Assembly (NCBI GenBank): GCA_964387135.1
Contig: CAYLVL010000002.1
Coordinates: 1 to 35,171, forward strand
From: an uncultured Planctomycetota bacterium
Lineage (GTDB): Bacteria; JAJVIF01; JAPKYR01
Length of the DNA: 35,171 nt
Reading direction: 5' to 3'
Shown: piece after piece, positions 25,132-33,470 of the stretch
How the letters are laid out: the number at the start of each line of letters is the position of its first letter
Position numbering within the stretch: position 1 is the first letter of the stretch
Notes under the pieces: model-generated
The model's database searches: none
Told to the model about the DNA's origin: nothing
Seen by the model: only the letters and a program-made list of their open reading frames with translations
Translations under genes and position numbers: made by a program

Positions 25132-27009
25132 TCAGTCCTCTTCCCTTGCGCCGAAAGTCACCACCAGGGTGAGCTCCTCTCCCTCTCTGATGACCGTTAT
25201 CTCCGCTGTGTCTCCCGGCTCGAACTGCCCGAGCGCGTACGTGTAGCTGTAGATGTCGTTCACCTCATACTCGTCGATTCCGAGTATCCGGTCGCCCGCC
25301 ATCAGCCCGGCTTCCTCCGCCGGACTGCCCTCGCGGACATCCGCTATCCAGAATCCACCCTCTGTGTGCGCAAAATCCGGCACCGTTCCAAGGTAGACCG
25401 TGAACGATGGTCCTCCCTCGTCGCTGCCGGACATGATCGGCTGCTCCACCCGATGAAACGCCATCATGTCGGGACGCTCTGTGATTTCCCACGCGATCTC
25501 GTACACTGTCTCGATCACCGACGCCATTCCCTCGTAGTTGATGCGATCGGCATCGTCTGTCGGGCGATGGTAGTCATCGTGAATGCCCGTGATGAAGAAC
25601 AGAATCGGAATCTCCTCGAGGAGAAACGGAACATAGTCGCTTCCGCCGATGGGGTCGGGAGTTGAGATCAGCTCCAGTTCCCCATCCGGTGTTCTCTCCG
25701 GCACAATTTCCGACCATTCGTCGCTGCTCCCCACCCCGTTCACGATGCAGATCATCTCGCCGCCTTCACCGGAGCCCGCCCTGCCTATCATATCCATGTT
25801 CAGCATCGCGCTTGTACGCTCAAGTGGAACGAGAGGGTGCCGGACGTAGGCGCCTGATCCCAGTAGACCCATCTCCTCCCCCGTGAAGCAGATAAACAGA
25901 ATGCTTCTTGACGGTCGCTTCGGCGACGAGACGAACATCCGCGCCAGCTCGAGGACACCGGATGTCCCCGATGCGTTATCATCGGCACCGTTGTGTATCT
26001 GCCGATCCTCTCCCTCGTACTTGCTGAGGATCTCCCCCCATCCGATGTGGTCGTAGTGCGCTCCGACAACAACATACTCTTCTCGCAATGCCGGATCGCT
26101 GCCAGGCAGAATCCCCGCCACATTCCACGTCCTCACCTGCTCCCGTTCGAGATCCACTCCCAGCGAGACATGCACGCCTTCCAGAAGCGTGCCGAACGGC
26201 ATCATGTGCCTGTCCATCTCGGATTGGTACATCGCCAGAGGCGCTCCCATATTGCTCCATAATACACCCGCAACCTCCTGGCTGATCTGGACGATCGGCA
26301 GCCCCGATTCGTTGAACGGCATTGCTCTCTCCAGGGAAGCAAGCTCATCCTCTTCGCCTTCGGGGATGTTCATTGGTCCGGTGACAAGAATCAGCGCGGT
26401 TGCTTTATGATTCAGCGCATTGAATGCTTTCCAGCCGATATTGGAGTAATGGGTTGGTTGAGATCCGTTGAAGACGCTTTGCTCATCATCCTGCCCGGGC
26501 TCTCCTCTAAGGCAGAACGCGATCTTCCCCTCGACATCGACCTCGGCGTAATCATCCCATCCGTACTCCGGCGCGGTGATGCCATATCCCGCGAACACGA
26601 CCTCTCCGTCAACCATGCCGTCCGACGATAAGCAGAGCGGCGTGTAGTCGACCTCCACAACCGGCTCGATGACCACTCCCGACACGTTGATCGCGAGATG
26701 GTTGAACTCTCCGAGGCTGACCGACTTCGTGATCTCGAATTCCTGGAAGTAGTCACCATCGACCGAATCCGCAGGCACAAGACCGAGCGATGCGAATTGC
26801 TCCTCGATATATGCCGCGGCCATGTGCGCTCCCGGTGATCCTGCAAGACGGCCCTCCAGCTGGTCGGACGCGAGGTAGTACACATCAGCCATGAGCCTTT
26901 CCATATCCGGCCCGTCCGAATCCGTTTCCTCAAGGCATTCCGATTCAACGGGAATGAAAAGCAGAAAAGTGAGGGCAATCGCAAGTAGTCCGTTGCAAGG
27001 CTTCAACAT
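25132..27009 (-). CDS. secreted M28-family metallopeptidase with a PA domain and a C-terminal PDZ domain
   Basis: Signal peptide. M28 motifs (GAHYDHIG, NGADDNASG, FTGEEMGLLGS, NMDMIG). C-terminal PDZ-like segment (GFWIADVREGSPAEEAGLMAGDRILGID). Confidence 0.85.
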   Translation of the reverse strand: MLKPCNGLLAIALTFLLFIPVESECLEETDSDGPDMERLMADVYYLASDQLEGRLAGSPGAHMAAAYIEEQFASLGLVPADSVDGDYFQEFEITKSVSLGEFNHLAINVSGVVIEPVVEVDYTPLCLSSDGMVDGEVVFAGYGITAPEYGWDDYAEVDVEGKIAFCLRGEPGQDDEQSVFNGSQPTHYSNIGWKAFNALNHKATALILVTGPMNIPEGEEDELASLERAMPFNESGLPIVQISQEVAGVLWSNMGAPLAMYQSEMDRHMMPFGTLLEGVHVSLGVDLEREQVRTWNVAGILPGSDPALREEYVVVGAHYDHIGWGEILSKYEGEDRQIHNGADDNASGTSGVLELARMFVSSPKRPSRSILFICFTGEEMGLLGSGAYVRHPLVPLERTSAMLNMDMIGRAGSGEGGEMICIVNGVGSSDEWSEIVPERTPDGELELISTPDPIGGSDYVPFLLEEIPILFFITGIHDDYHRPTDDADRINYEGMASVIETVYEIAWEITERPDMMAFHRVEQPIMSGSDEGGPSFTVYLGTVPDFAHTEGGFWIADVREGSPAEEAGLMAGDRILGIDEYEVNDIYSYTYALGQFEPGDTAEITVIREGEELTLVVTFGAREED

Positions 27010-27055
27010 TGCTGTATTCCGCGCCCTTATCGGGTAGAATAGGCTTCCCGAAGCA

Positions 27056-27078
27056 TACCGGTTTCAGGCGAGTATAGC
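27056..27078 (+). promoter_or_regulatory. promoter-like element: TACCGGTT palindrome, 9 nt, then TATAGC
   Basis: Read directly, 36 nt upstream of the ATG at 27114. Same spacing as the sites at 3149-3171 and 3300-3322. Confidence 0.3.
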
Positions 27079-27113
27079 ACCTGCGTGCGCTCGACTGTAG
27101 TGATTGAACGAAC

Positions 27114-28388
27114 ATGAACGGCGACCACTCAATACCGGCGGATTTCAGGGGGGTAATCGAGGAGTGCGCGATTCGCGCGACCGAGGAGACGGCCGAGGGC
27201 GCTCCGGAGTACGAGCGCTTCAGGGTCATCTCGGACGAGGTCGGCATTTTTCTCTACATCCTCGCCAGATCGACATGGCGCACCCGCATGAGCGACATGG
27301 GCGGATGGGGCGGCGCTGCAAGCTCCATCATATGGCTCGCGGGAGCGGCGAACGAGACCGATGGTGAGGTCACCGCGTGGGAAACCAATCCCCGCAGGTT
27401 CCTCAAGCTCCAGAATTGCCTCTCAAGGGCAAGACTCGCGCCGAATGTCGAACTCCTTGGCGCCGATCCGCTTTGGGATTTCCGCGACGACACCGATAGC
27501 CCAATGGAGCGCATCACGGTCAGGGAGACCGAGCCGGGCGAGCCGGGGTCCATACCCGGCAAGGGCTCCGATCTTGTCGTGGCATCACTCCTCGAGCCTG
27601 ACTGGATTCACAGACTCCGGAAGGGCTGGGATCTTCTCGATATCGACGGTCTTCTTGTGCTGACCGACACACTCCAGGGAGGCGGGCAGGCGGAAGCTGC
27701 CCTGTCGGATTTCTTCAAGTCCAGATTGGCGGCGACGGTTAGCTTCCCCCTCGGCGAGGGTGTATTGATCGTTGTCAAATTGTCCGCTGATCATCGCGAT
27801 CCGGATGTCCCGGTTCATGAACTCATGGTGGGACAGAAGGCCAACGAGGTTCTTGAGGAGATTCAGGAGCGGAACAGGATGCCCGGCGCGCATCTCATGG
27901 CGATACCTCCCGCGACCGGCAGGTTCCTCTGGACGCTCGTCTACTCAATGCAGGCGAAGAACGTGCTGGAGATCGGTGCAAGCGCGGGATACTCGGGTAC
28001 ATGGCTCGCGAGCGCTCTCAAGCTCACCGAAGGCTCCCTTACCACGATGGATCACGATCCAAAGAAAGTCTCGATGGCGCGGGAATCCTATGACAGGGCA
28101 GGGGTGGGCGATGTGGTGGAGATTCTCGAGGGTGACGCTCACGAAATCGTCCCGACGCTTGAGGACCCCTACGACCTCGTCTTCCTCGATTGCGACAAGA
28201 AGTACTACCAGGACCTGCTCGAGCCGATCCTCTGGCGCCTAAAGCGCGGCGGACTTCTCGTTGCCGATAACGTGATCAGTCACGGGGAGATATTGAAAGG
28301 ATACGTCGATCAGGTCCAGCACCACCCATGCCTCGCGAGCGTGACCGTCCCCGTCGGCTCAGGCGAGGAAACGACAATGGTTCTTTGA
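27114..28388 (+). CDS. tandem (fused) class I SAM-dependent O-methyltransferase; N-terminal copy degenerate
   Basis: The C-terminal half carries caffeoyl-CoA-OMT/YrrM-like motifs (VLEIGASAGYS, DLVFLDCDKKYY, GGLLVADNV). The N-terminal half aligns to it with eroded motifs (MSDMGGWGGAAS, DLVVASLLEPDW, DGLLVLTDTL). Confidence 0.8.
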   Translation: MNGDHSIPADFRGVIEECAIRATEETAEGAPEYERFRVISDEVGIFLYILARSTWRTRMSDMGGWGGAASSIIWLAGAANETDGEVTAWETNPRRFLKLQNCLSRARLAPNVELLGADPLWDFRDDTDSPMERITVRETEPGEPGSIPGKGSDLVVASLLEPDWIHRLRKGWDLLDIDGLLVLTDTLQGGGQAEAALSDFFKSRLAATVSFPLGEGVLIVVKLSADHRDPDVPVHELMVGQKANEVLEEIQERNRMPGAHLMAIPPATGRFLWTLVYSMQAKNVLEIGASAGYSGTWLASALKLTEGSLTTMDHDPKKVSMARESYDRAGVGDVVEILEGDAHEIVPTLEDPYDLVFLDCDKKYYQDLLEPILWRLKRGGLLVADNVISHGEILKGYVDQVQHHPCLASVTVPVGSGEETTMVL

Positions 28389-28460
28389 GCCGGAGCCCGA
28401 TTTCATCAATCCAATTCGTGCGCGAGGCACTCCTGTCGGACCGCCCGCCTCAGGCCGGCT

Positions 28461-29320
28461 TCATGACTCCCAGGCACCGCTTCGACGCTTTTTCAATGTC
28501 CACGGTGCCGCCTTGGAAGTCAGAGGTATCAGAGCGAGCAGCAGGACGGTACCGGCTGCAATTCCGCAGCCTGCATTACCGAGCCGCACGAAGTCGAAGT
28601 ATGTAACCAGCAGAAAAGGACCGCCCATCACGATTGGTGTTGCGTACAGAAACAGAAGCAAGCCGTATGTTGTCATCCAGCGGGGAAGTGCAGCCCCCAG
28701 CACCGCAGTCTCAATCAGAACGAGATATTGCAGATACAGAATCCATCCCCATGGAAGCAGGCAGATGATTCCATAATTGGGCAGAACGAAGGGTATTATT
28801 ACCAGAGCCAGCAGCCCGCCATGGGCAAAAACAATCCTTCTAGCCCAACTCGCGATATCTGATATATGTCCTCTGTCCTGACCGGGCTCGCAAGTATGAG
28901 CTTGCCCATCGGATTTGCGGCATCATCATGGAGCACTTTCGGGATGAAGTGGAAGAAATCCAGAGCGCCGATGATGACCCAGAACGGGGAGAGCACGAAA
29001 GCAATCAGCCAGCCGAGTGCGCTGTACCATACCGCAAACCTTACCGGAAACGGACGGCGCAACTTGAGCCACTGAAGATAAATGTGCTCGTGGTCAAAGA
29101 ACAAGCCTCTTGCCTCAGCTTTGGGAGTGCCTGGCTGCCTGTATCCATGCATAGTACCAGACGACGAAAAATAACAGGACAAATCCCGGCCAGTAGGTTC
29201 TCAGGCCGAACTGGAATCCAAGCGCAGGCTTCAATGCCAGAAAGAGCACTACCGCAACAACGGTGACAATCGCAGCTATGACATGCGGGGAGCGAATGGC
29301 GGTTTTCCCCCTGATCCCAT
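28461..29320 (-). pseudogene. polytopic membrane-protein gene interrupted by three frameshifts (two alternating reading frames)
   Basis: Hydrophobic, TM-like translation continues across four segments. Frame 1: ATG at 29320 to TAG at 29276-29278. Frame 2: to TGA at 29115-29117. Frame 1: ORF 28799..29182. Frame 2: open from 28922 to the stop at 28461-28463. Homopolymers lie at the plausible junctions: T4C5 on the plus strand at 29303-29311, A5 at 29167-29171 and A5 at 28827-28831. Confidence 0.5.
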
Positions 29321-29329
29321 GTTTCCTGT

Positions 29330-30481
29330 CTACTTGATGATCTCCCTGAATATCGCGTTCGATACGAAGTACGCGCCCTCCGTCAGGCGTATCGACTCAT
29401 CATCCATTACCAGGAGCCCCTCGTCCCGGTACTTCTCCAGCGCCTCCCCCACCAGATCGGTCAGCTTCACCCCGAAACGCGTCTCTATTCGCTTCGGATC
29501 GATTCCCGACGAAAGCCTCAGCCCCATAACCAGCGCTTCCGCCGCCGACCTGCGCGAGCAAAGACTCTCCATGAACTCGATCGTGTTCTTCCCCTGCGCC
29601 TGGGCTTCGAGATACCCATCCACGTTCGATATCCGCCTGAATCGGGCGCCACCAACATAACTTGTTGCACTCGGCCCGAATCCGACATACTCTCCGCCCG
29701 ACCAGTACACCATGTTGTGCCGGCAGCGATAACCTGGCTTCGAGAAGTTCGATATCTCGTACTGCTCGTAGCCCGCAGCCCTCAGCATCTGCCGTGCGAG
29801 ATCGTACATCCTCGCCTGATCGTCGCCGTCCGGAAGATTCAGCGTCCTGAACTGCCTCTCGGGAAGCCTGCCGAGCCTGCTTTCCGATTCCACTGTCAGG
29901 CTGTAGAGGCTTATGTGCTCCGGCTCGAAACCGGTCGCTTCCTCCAGCGAACTGCGGAAGCTCTCGATATCCTGACCCGGAAGCCCCTGCATCAGGTCAA
30001 ACGACATGTTCGAGCAGCCGCACTCACGGCAGGCTTTGATGAATTGTCGCGTGTCCTCGGAGTCGTGAAGTCTTCCTGCCAGGCTCAATTCCTCATCATT
30101 GAAACTCTGAACCCCGATCGACAGGCGATTAACGCCGTTTTCGAGCAGGATGGGGATCTTGGGCAGATCGTCCGGATGCGGATTCACCTCCATGGTGATC
30201 TCGGATGCGTCCGGGGCAAGCTGCCTGACCGCCGCGAGCAGTAATTCGAGATCACCGATGCCCAGCGTGGAGGGGGTTCCCCCGCCCACATATACCGTGT
30301 CCACCCTCGCGTCGGGTGCGCTCTCGAAGTACTTCTCCATTTCTCCGCAGAGGCATTCCACGTACTGCGTCTGGGTGGACGGTCCGGCGGGTCGGGCAGG
30401 GAAGGCGCAGTAAAGGCACCGAGCGCGGCAGAACGGTACGTGGATGTAAAGAGAAACGGAACGCGTCTGTGTCGCGGTCAT
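29330..30481 (-). CDS. hemW: radical SAM heme chaperone HemW (HemN-like, oxygen-independent coproporphyrinogen oxidase family)
   Basis: LYIHVPFCRARCLYCAF radical-SAM motif, HNMVYW motif, ~380 aa. Start set at the ATG at 30481 (MTATQTRS...). Confidence 0.85.
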   Translation of the reverse strand: MTATQTRSVSLYIHVPFCRARCLYCAFPARPAGPSTQTQYVECLCGEMEKYFESAPDARVDTVYVGGGTPSTLGIGDLELLLAAVRQLAPDASEITMEVNPHPDDLPKIPILLENGVNRLSIGVQSFNDEELSLAGRLHDSEDTRQFIKACRECGCSNMSFDLMQGLPGQDIESFRSSLEEATGFEPEHISLYSLTVESESRLGRLPERQFRTLNLPDGDDQARMYDLARQMLRAAGYEQYEISNFSKPGYRCRHNMVYWSGGEYVGFGPSATSYVGGARFRRISNVDGYLEAQAQGKNTIEFMESLCSRRSAAEALVMGLRLSSGIDPKRIETRFGVKLTDLVGEALEKYRDEGLLVMDDESIRLTEGAYFVSNAIFREIIK

Positions 30482-30600
30482 GAAGGCTCTTCCCCCGCCC
30501 CTCGTCCTCATCTACCTAAGGGATTTTGTCAGAAAACGGGCTGGAGGTCAACTGCTCATCGAACTGTTCTCACCCGACGGACTATGAGAGGCTTCGCGCA

Positions 30601-30634
30601 GGAAAAAGCCCGCGCGATGCGCGGGCTTGTTTTC
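30601..30634 (-). terminator. Rho-independent terminator after the PilB/MshE-like gene (sequence is bidirectional)
   Basis: 9-10-bp GC-rich stem AGCCCGCGC (30607-30615) / GCGCGGGCT (19-27) with a 3-nt loop. On the minus strand it is followed by TTTTTCC; on the plus strand by GTTTTC. It lies 32 nt downstream of the stop at 30660. Confidence 0.7.
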
Positions 30635-30659
30635 AAATTCGTTTTCGGGGCCAACCTTC

Positions 30660-32453
30660 TCAGTCCGCGTAAACCTCTTCCGGCAGCTCCGCCAGGAGGG
30701 CGGCGCGTTCCTTGAGGGCCAGCGATGAGTCCTCGTCCTCCTCGGGACGCGCGATCCGGAAAAGTTCCTCGAGGCTCGTGATGCCCTTGAATACCTTCTT
30801 CATGCCCGACTCGAACAGGGTGTTCATGCCTTCCTTTCGAGCCGCGCGCTTGATGTCCTGCACCGATGCGTTCGCCATGACCATGTTCCTGATCTCGCGA
30901 GTCATCTGAAGGATCTCGCAGGTGGCGGTTCGTCCGGAATAGCCGTAGTTGTGGCAGAGCTCGCATCCATGCGCCTTGTACAGCTTCAGTTTGCCTGGAT
31001 CCCGGCCTGCACCCAGATAGGGGCCGATAAGCTCCTGCTCGTGTTCCGACAATTCGTAAAGTTCCCGGCAGTTCCTGCACAGAGTTCTAACAAGCCTCTG
31101 CGCGACCATCGCGATAACACTTGCAACGATCAGGAATCGCTCAACGCCCATGTTGTGCAGACGGATCAGGCCGCCCGCCGCGTCGTTGGTGTGAAGCGTG
31201 GAGAATACGAGGTGGCCGGTCAGTGCTGCGTTAACCGCAAGGTCGGCGGTCTCTCGGTCGCGGGTCTCGCCGACCATGATCACGTCCGGGTCCTGCCTGA
31301 GGATGGTTCGAAGCGCTTCCGCGAACGAGAAGTCGACCTTCCTGTTCACCTGTACCTGGTTGATCGTGGGAAGCTGGTACTCGATCGGGTCCTCGATGGT
31401 CACGACGTTGATCTTCTCATTGGCGATCGATGCCAGCGATGCAATCAGTGTCGTGGATTTGCCCGAGCCGGTAGGACCGGTGAGGTAGATGATGCCGTGA
31501 GGCTCCCTGATGATTTCCTTCCAGACGTTCAGCTCATCTTCCTCAAATCCGAGCTGTTCGAGCGTCGCGTGCGCCATCTCCTTGTTCAAAAGGCGCATCA
31601 CGATCTTCTCACCGTACATGGTGGGGAGGGTGGAGAATCGGATGTCGAAATTGGCCGTTCCGACCTTCAGATCGATACGACCGTCCATCGGACGTCTTCG
31701 CTCCGATGTGTCAAGTCCGGCGAGGATCTTGAGACGCGCGATAACCGCCGCCTGGGCCGCCTTCGGGACCGTCATGACCCTGTGCAGCATGCCGTCGACA
31801 CGGTACCTCACATACAGCTTGTCCTCTTTCGGCTCGAGGTGGACGTCCGACGCTCCCTGATCAACGGCGCCCTCAAGGATCGCCTCGACGAACCGTACAA
31901 TCGGCGCATCCTCCAGCTCGGTCAGCGTGGCGGCTTTCTTGAGCATGTCCCGGATGGTGTTGCCATCCTTCATCATCTCTTTCCGCCATTCATCGATGTG
32001 CTGCTGCGCCTCGTGCGATACGCCGTACAACTCCTGGAAACGCATCTCCAGGGCTTTCTCGGAGCAGATGTAAGGCTTCACGTCATAGCCGGTCGCCAGA
32101 CGTATGTCGTCGATCGCCATCAGGTTCAACGGATCGACCATGGCGACGATCAGCTCGTTTCCATCCAGCCTTACCGGCATCGCCTTGTGTCGCTTTATGA
32201 CTTCCGGATCCACCATGGCTGCCACTTCAGGATCCGGCTGCACGTCTCCCAGGTCGATTTTCGGTACTCCCAACTGCTTGGACAGTGCGTCCAAAACCTG
32301 CGACTCGATGACCAGCTCCATGTCCTGGAGCACGTCGCCGATCCTCTTCCCTGATGCCCTCTGTTTCTTGAGAGCTTCCTCAAGCTTTGCCGGCGAGAGA
32401 ATGCCTTCCTCGACCAGCAAGTCGCCCAGGCGCTTCATGCCCGGTCTACCCAT
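30660..32453 (-). CDS. PilB/GspE/MshE-family secretion ATPase with an N-terminal MshEN-type domain
   Basis: Walker A GPTGSGKSTT, Asp/His boxes, and a tetracysteine motif (CRNC ... CELC). The N-terminus RLGDLLVEEGILSPAKLEEALKKQ matches the 24-residue MshEN motif. RBS GGAGGAGG lies 7 nt upstream of the ATG at 32453. Confidence 0.9.
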   Translation of the reverse strand: MGRPGMKRLGDLLVEEGILSPAKLEEALKKQRASGKRIGDVLQDMELVIESQVLDALSKQLGVPKIDLGDVQPDPEVAAMVDPEVIKRHKAMPVRLDGNELIVAMVDPLNLMAIDDIRLATGYDVKPYICSEKALEMRFQELYGVSHEAQQHIDEWRKEMMKDGNTIRDMLKKAATLTELEDAPIVRFVEAILEGAVDQGASDVHLEPKEDKLYVRYRVDGMLHRVMTVPKAAQAAVIARLKILAGLDTSERRRPMDGRIDLKVGTANFDIRFSTLPTMYGEKIVMRLLNKEMAHATLEQLGFEEDELNVWKEIIREPHGIIYLTGPTGSGKSTTLIASLASIANEKINVVTIEDPIEYQLPTINQVQVNRKVDFSFAEALRTILRQDPDVIMVGETRDRETADLAVNAALTGHLVFSTLHTNDAAGGLIRLHNMGVERFLIVASVIAMVAQRLVRTLCRNCRELYELSEHEQELIGPYLGAGRDPGKLKLYKAHGCELCHNYGYSGRTATCEILQMTREIRNMVMANASVQDIKRAARKEGMNTLFESGMKKVFKGITSLEELFRIARPEEDEDSSLALKERAALLAELPEEVYAD

Positions 32454-32930
32454 GAATGTTCACCTCCTCCGGTCGTTCACGGGCGATAATTTCCCGTCGG
32501 CCGGAGAACAGACCGCATTGCGCGAGGGATCGCTCAATGCAATATGAATTGAAATATATGAAATAATAATTTATAACAGGTCGCAAAACCACCACGCTAC
32601 ACCTGATATTATCGGTGACTTCCGGGACAGCCTTTAAGCAACAACAAATCATGAAAGCGGCCATAATTCTGAGCCGTTTTCGCGCACCCTTGCATCGGCC
32701 TCACAGAAGCGGGCCGAATTAACTATCTATACCATATCCGCAGAATGCGTGTCAAACAGCCAATCCTCCGGTTTTGCTCCGGAAGGCGACGCAAATTAAG
32801 ATGACTGAAAGGCTCGACGGGTTCATGCCGTCGTCCCGCCGGGGACGAAAATCTTAACATGGGTTACATTTCTTTCCCGGATTGCGCAATAAGGATCAGT
32901 TCGATTTTCGGCCACCTGCTACACCACCTG

Positions 32931-33115
32931 GGATTGTTGATTCTCGGGCAGAATCAACCCGCGTAAAATCGACCTTTAGATGTGACGGCACGGCAACAGG
33001 ATTGTTGAGGAGGTGTTGATTTCAATCCGGCCTTGTGCTAGCATTTTCGCCGCAATCCCGGTGGTAAATTGCAAACCGGGTTTATGTGTTTTTATCCCGC
33101 CTAAACCTGTTGATT
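32931..33115. repeat. cluster of TGTTGATT repeats (possible regulator-binding sites)
   Basis: Exact TGTTGATT at 32935-32942, 33014-33021 and 33108-33115. TGTTGAGG at 33003-33010. Inverted copy (AATCAAC) at 32952-32958. GGATTGTTGA occurs twice (32931-32940 and 32999-33008). Confidence 0.5.
33062..33073 (+). promoter_or_regulatory. extended -10-like motif TGGTAAATTGCA (distal candidate promoter of the OmpM-type gene)
   Basis: Matches TGnTAnnnT. Same 12-mer pattern as at 3163-3174 and 33188-33199. It sits in the loop of a CCCGGT/ACCGGG inverted repeat. Confidence 0.3.
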
Positions 33116-33166
33116 GTGATCCCACCGGGTGCAATTGGGGTCTTCAAGGCTTGATAATATTATTGT

Positions 33167-33199
33167 TTCCGGAATTCCCGGAAGCAGTGGTATTATGCA
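33167..33199 (+). promoter_or_regulatory. TTCCGGAA-TTCCCGGAA near-palindrome followed by the extended -10-like TGGTATTATGCA (proximal candidate promoter of the OmpM-type gene)
   Basis: Read directly. Would give a ~270-nt leader for the CDS starting at 33472. Confidence 0.4.
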
Positions 33200-33380
33200 T
33201 GCTTGACCCATCGGGTGGGGTTGAACCTTGTGAGGTGGCAAGTCGCCATAAGGGGTTGGAAAGGAGGTGCACCTTGGTTACCCCAAAGAGGCGACTGTCA
33301 TATGAAGGCGAGGACCGATAAGGGGCCCTGGCGGAAGCCGGAGAACGCGTGTAAGGAGAACGGGAGAAGGAAACCAGGAC

Positions 33381-33470
33381 ACTTCCTCCTATGTATCCGG
33401 GATCGCGGAGAACGGCCCCCGCAGGGAACCCGAACGGTCCGCTGCAACTTCCCAAAACCAAGGAGGAAGT
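33381..33470 (+). promoter_or_regulatory. leader element: 10-nt anti-SD (ACTTCCTCCT, 33381-33390) perfectly complementary to the SD region (AGGAGGAAGT, 33461-33470)
   Basis: Complementarity checked base by base. The ATG is at 33472. Confidence 0.5.

Noticed and set aside
30951-32354. 467-aa ORF antisense to the PilB/MshE ATPase. Similar long antisense ORFs lie at 3847..4716, 5444..6424, 7682..8566, 9957..10721, 15748..16521, 18019..18804, 19640..20434, 21437..22198, 22514..23200 and 23848..24399
   Set aside because: All lie opposite genes with clear family motifs. Their translations are Arg/Pro/Gly/His-rich with no motifs. They are typical GC-rich shadow frames.
32936-32958. Perfect 9-bp hairpin GTTGATTCT-CGGGC-AGAATCAAC as a possible terminator
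   Set aside because: No T-run follows on either strand. It is better explained as an inverted pair of the TGTTGATT repeat. Similarly, the GC-rich hairpins at 18818-18834 and 18841-18857 have no T-run.
33057-33093. CCCGGT-N12-ACCGGG hairpin followed by T-rich sequence as a terminator for an unseen upstream transcript
   Set aside because: The stem is only 6 bp and the loop is 12 nt. The T-tract is interrupted (TTTATGTGTTTTT), and the loop carries the extended -10-like motif. A promoter context seems more likely, but this is unresolved without RNA data.
33164-33190. CCGGAAGCAG resembles the SRP RNA helix-8 sequence (CCGGAAGGAAGCAGC)
   Set aside because: The flanking sequence cannot form the helix 8 / helix 5 pairing or a GGAA tetraloop context. 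No complementary 3' strand is present.
33013-33321. 102-aa Cys-rich ORF (8 Cys) in the large intergenic region, with GAGGAGG immediately upstream
   Set aside because: The SD-like sequence abuts the GTG with no spacer. The ORF also runs straight through both promoter-like motifs and the palindromes, and the composition there is non-coding-like. It is kept only as a remote possibility.
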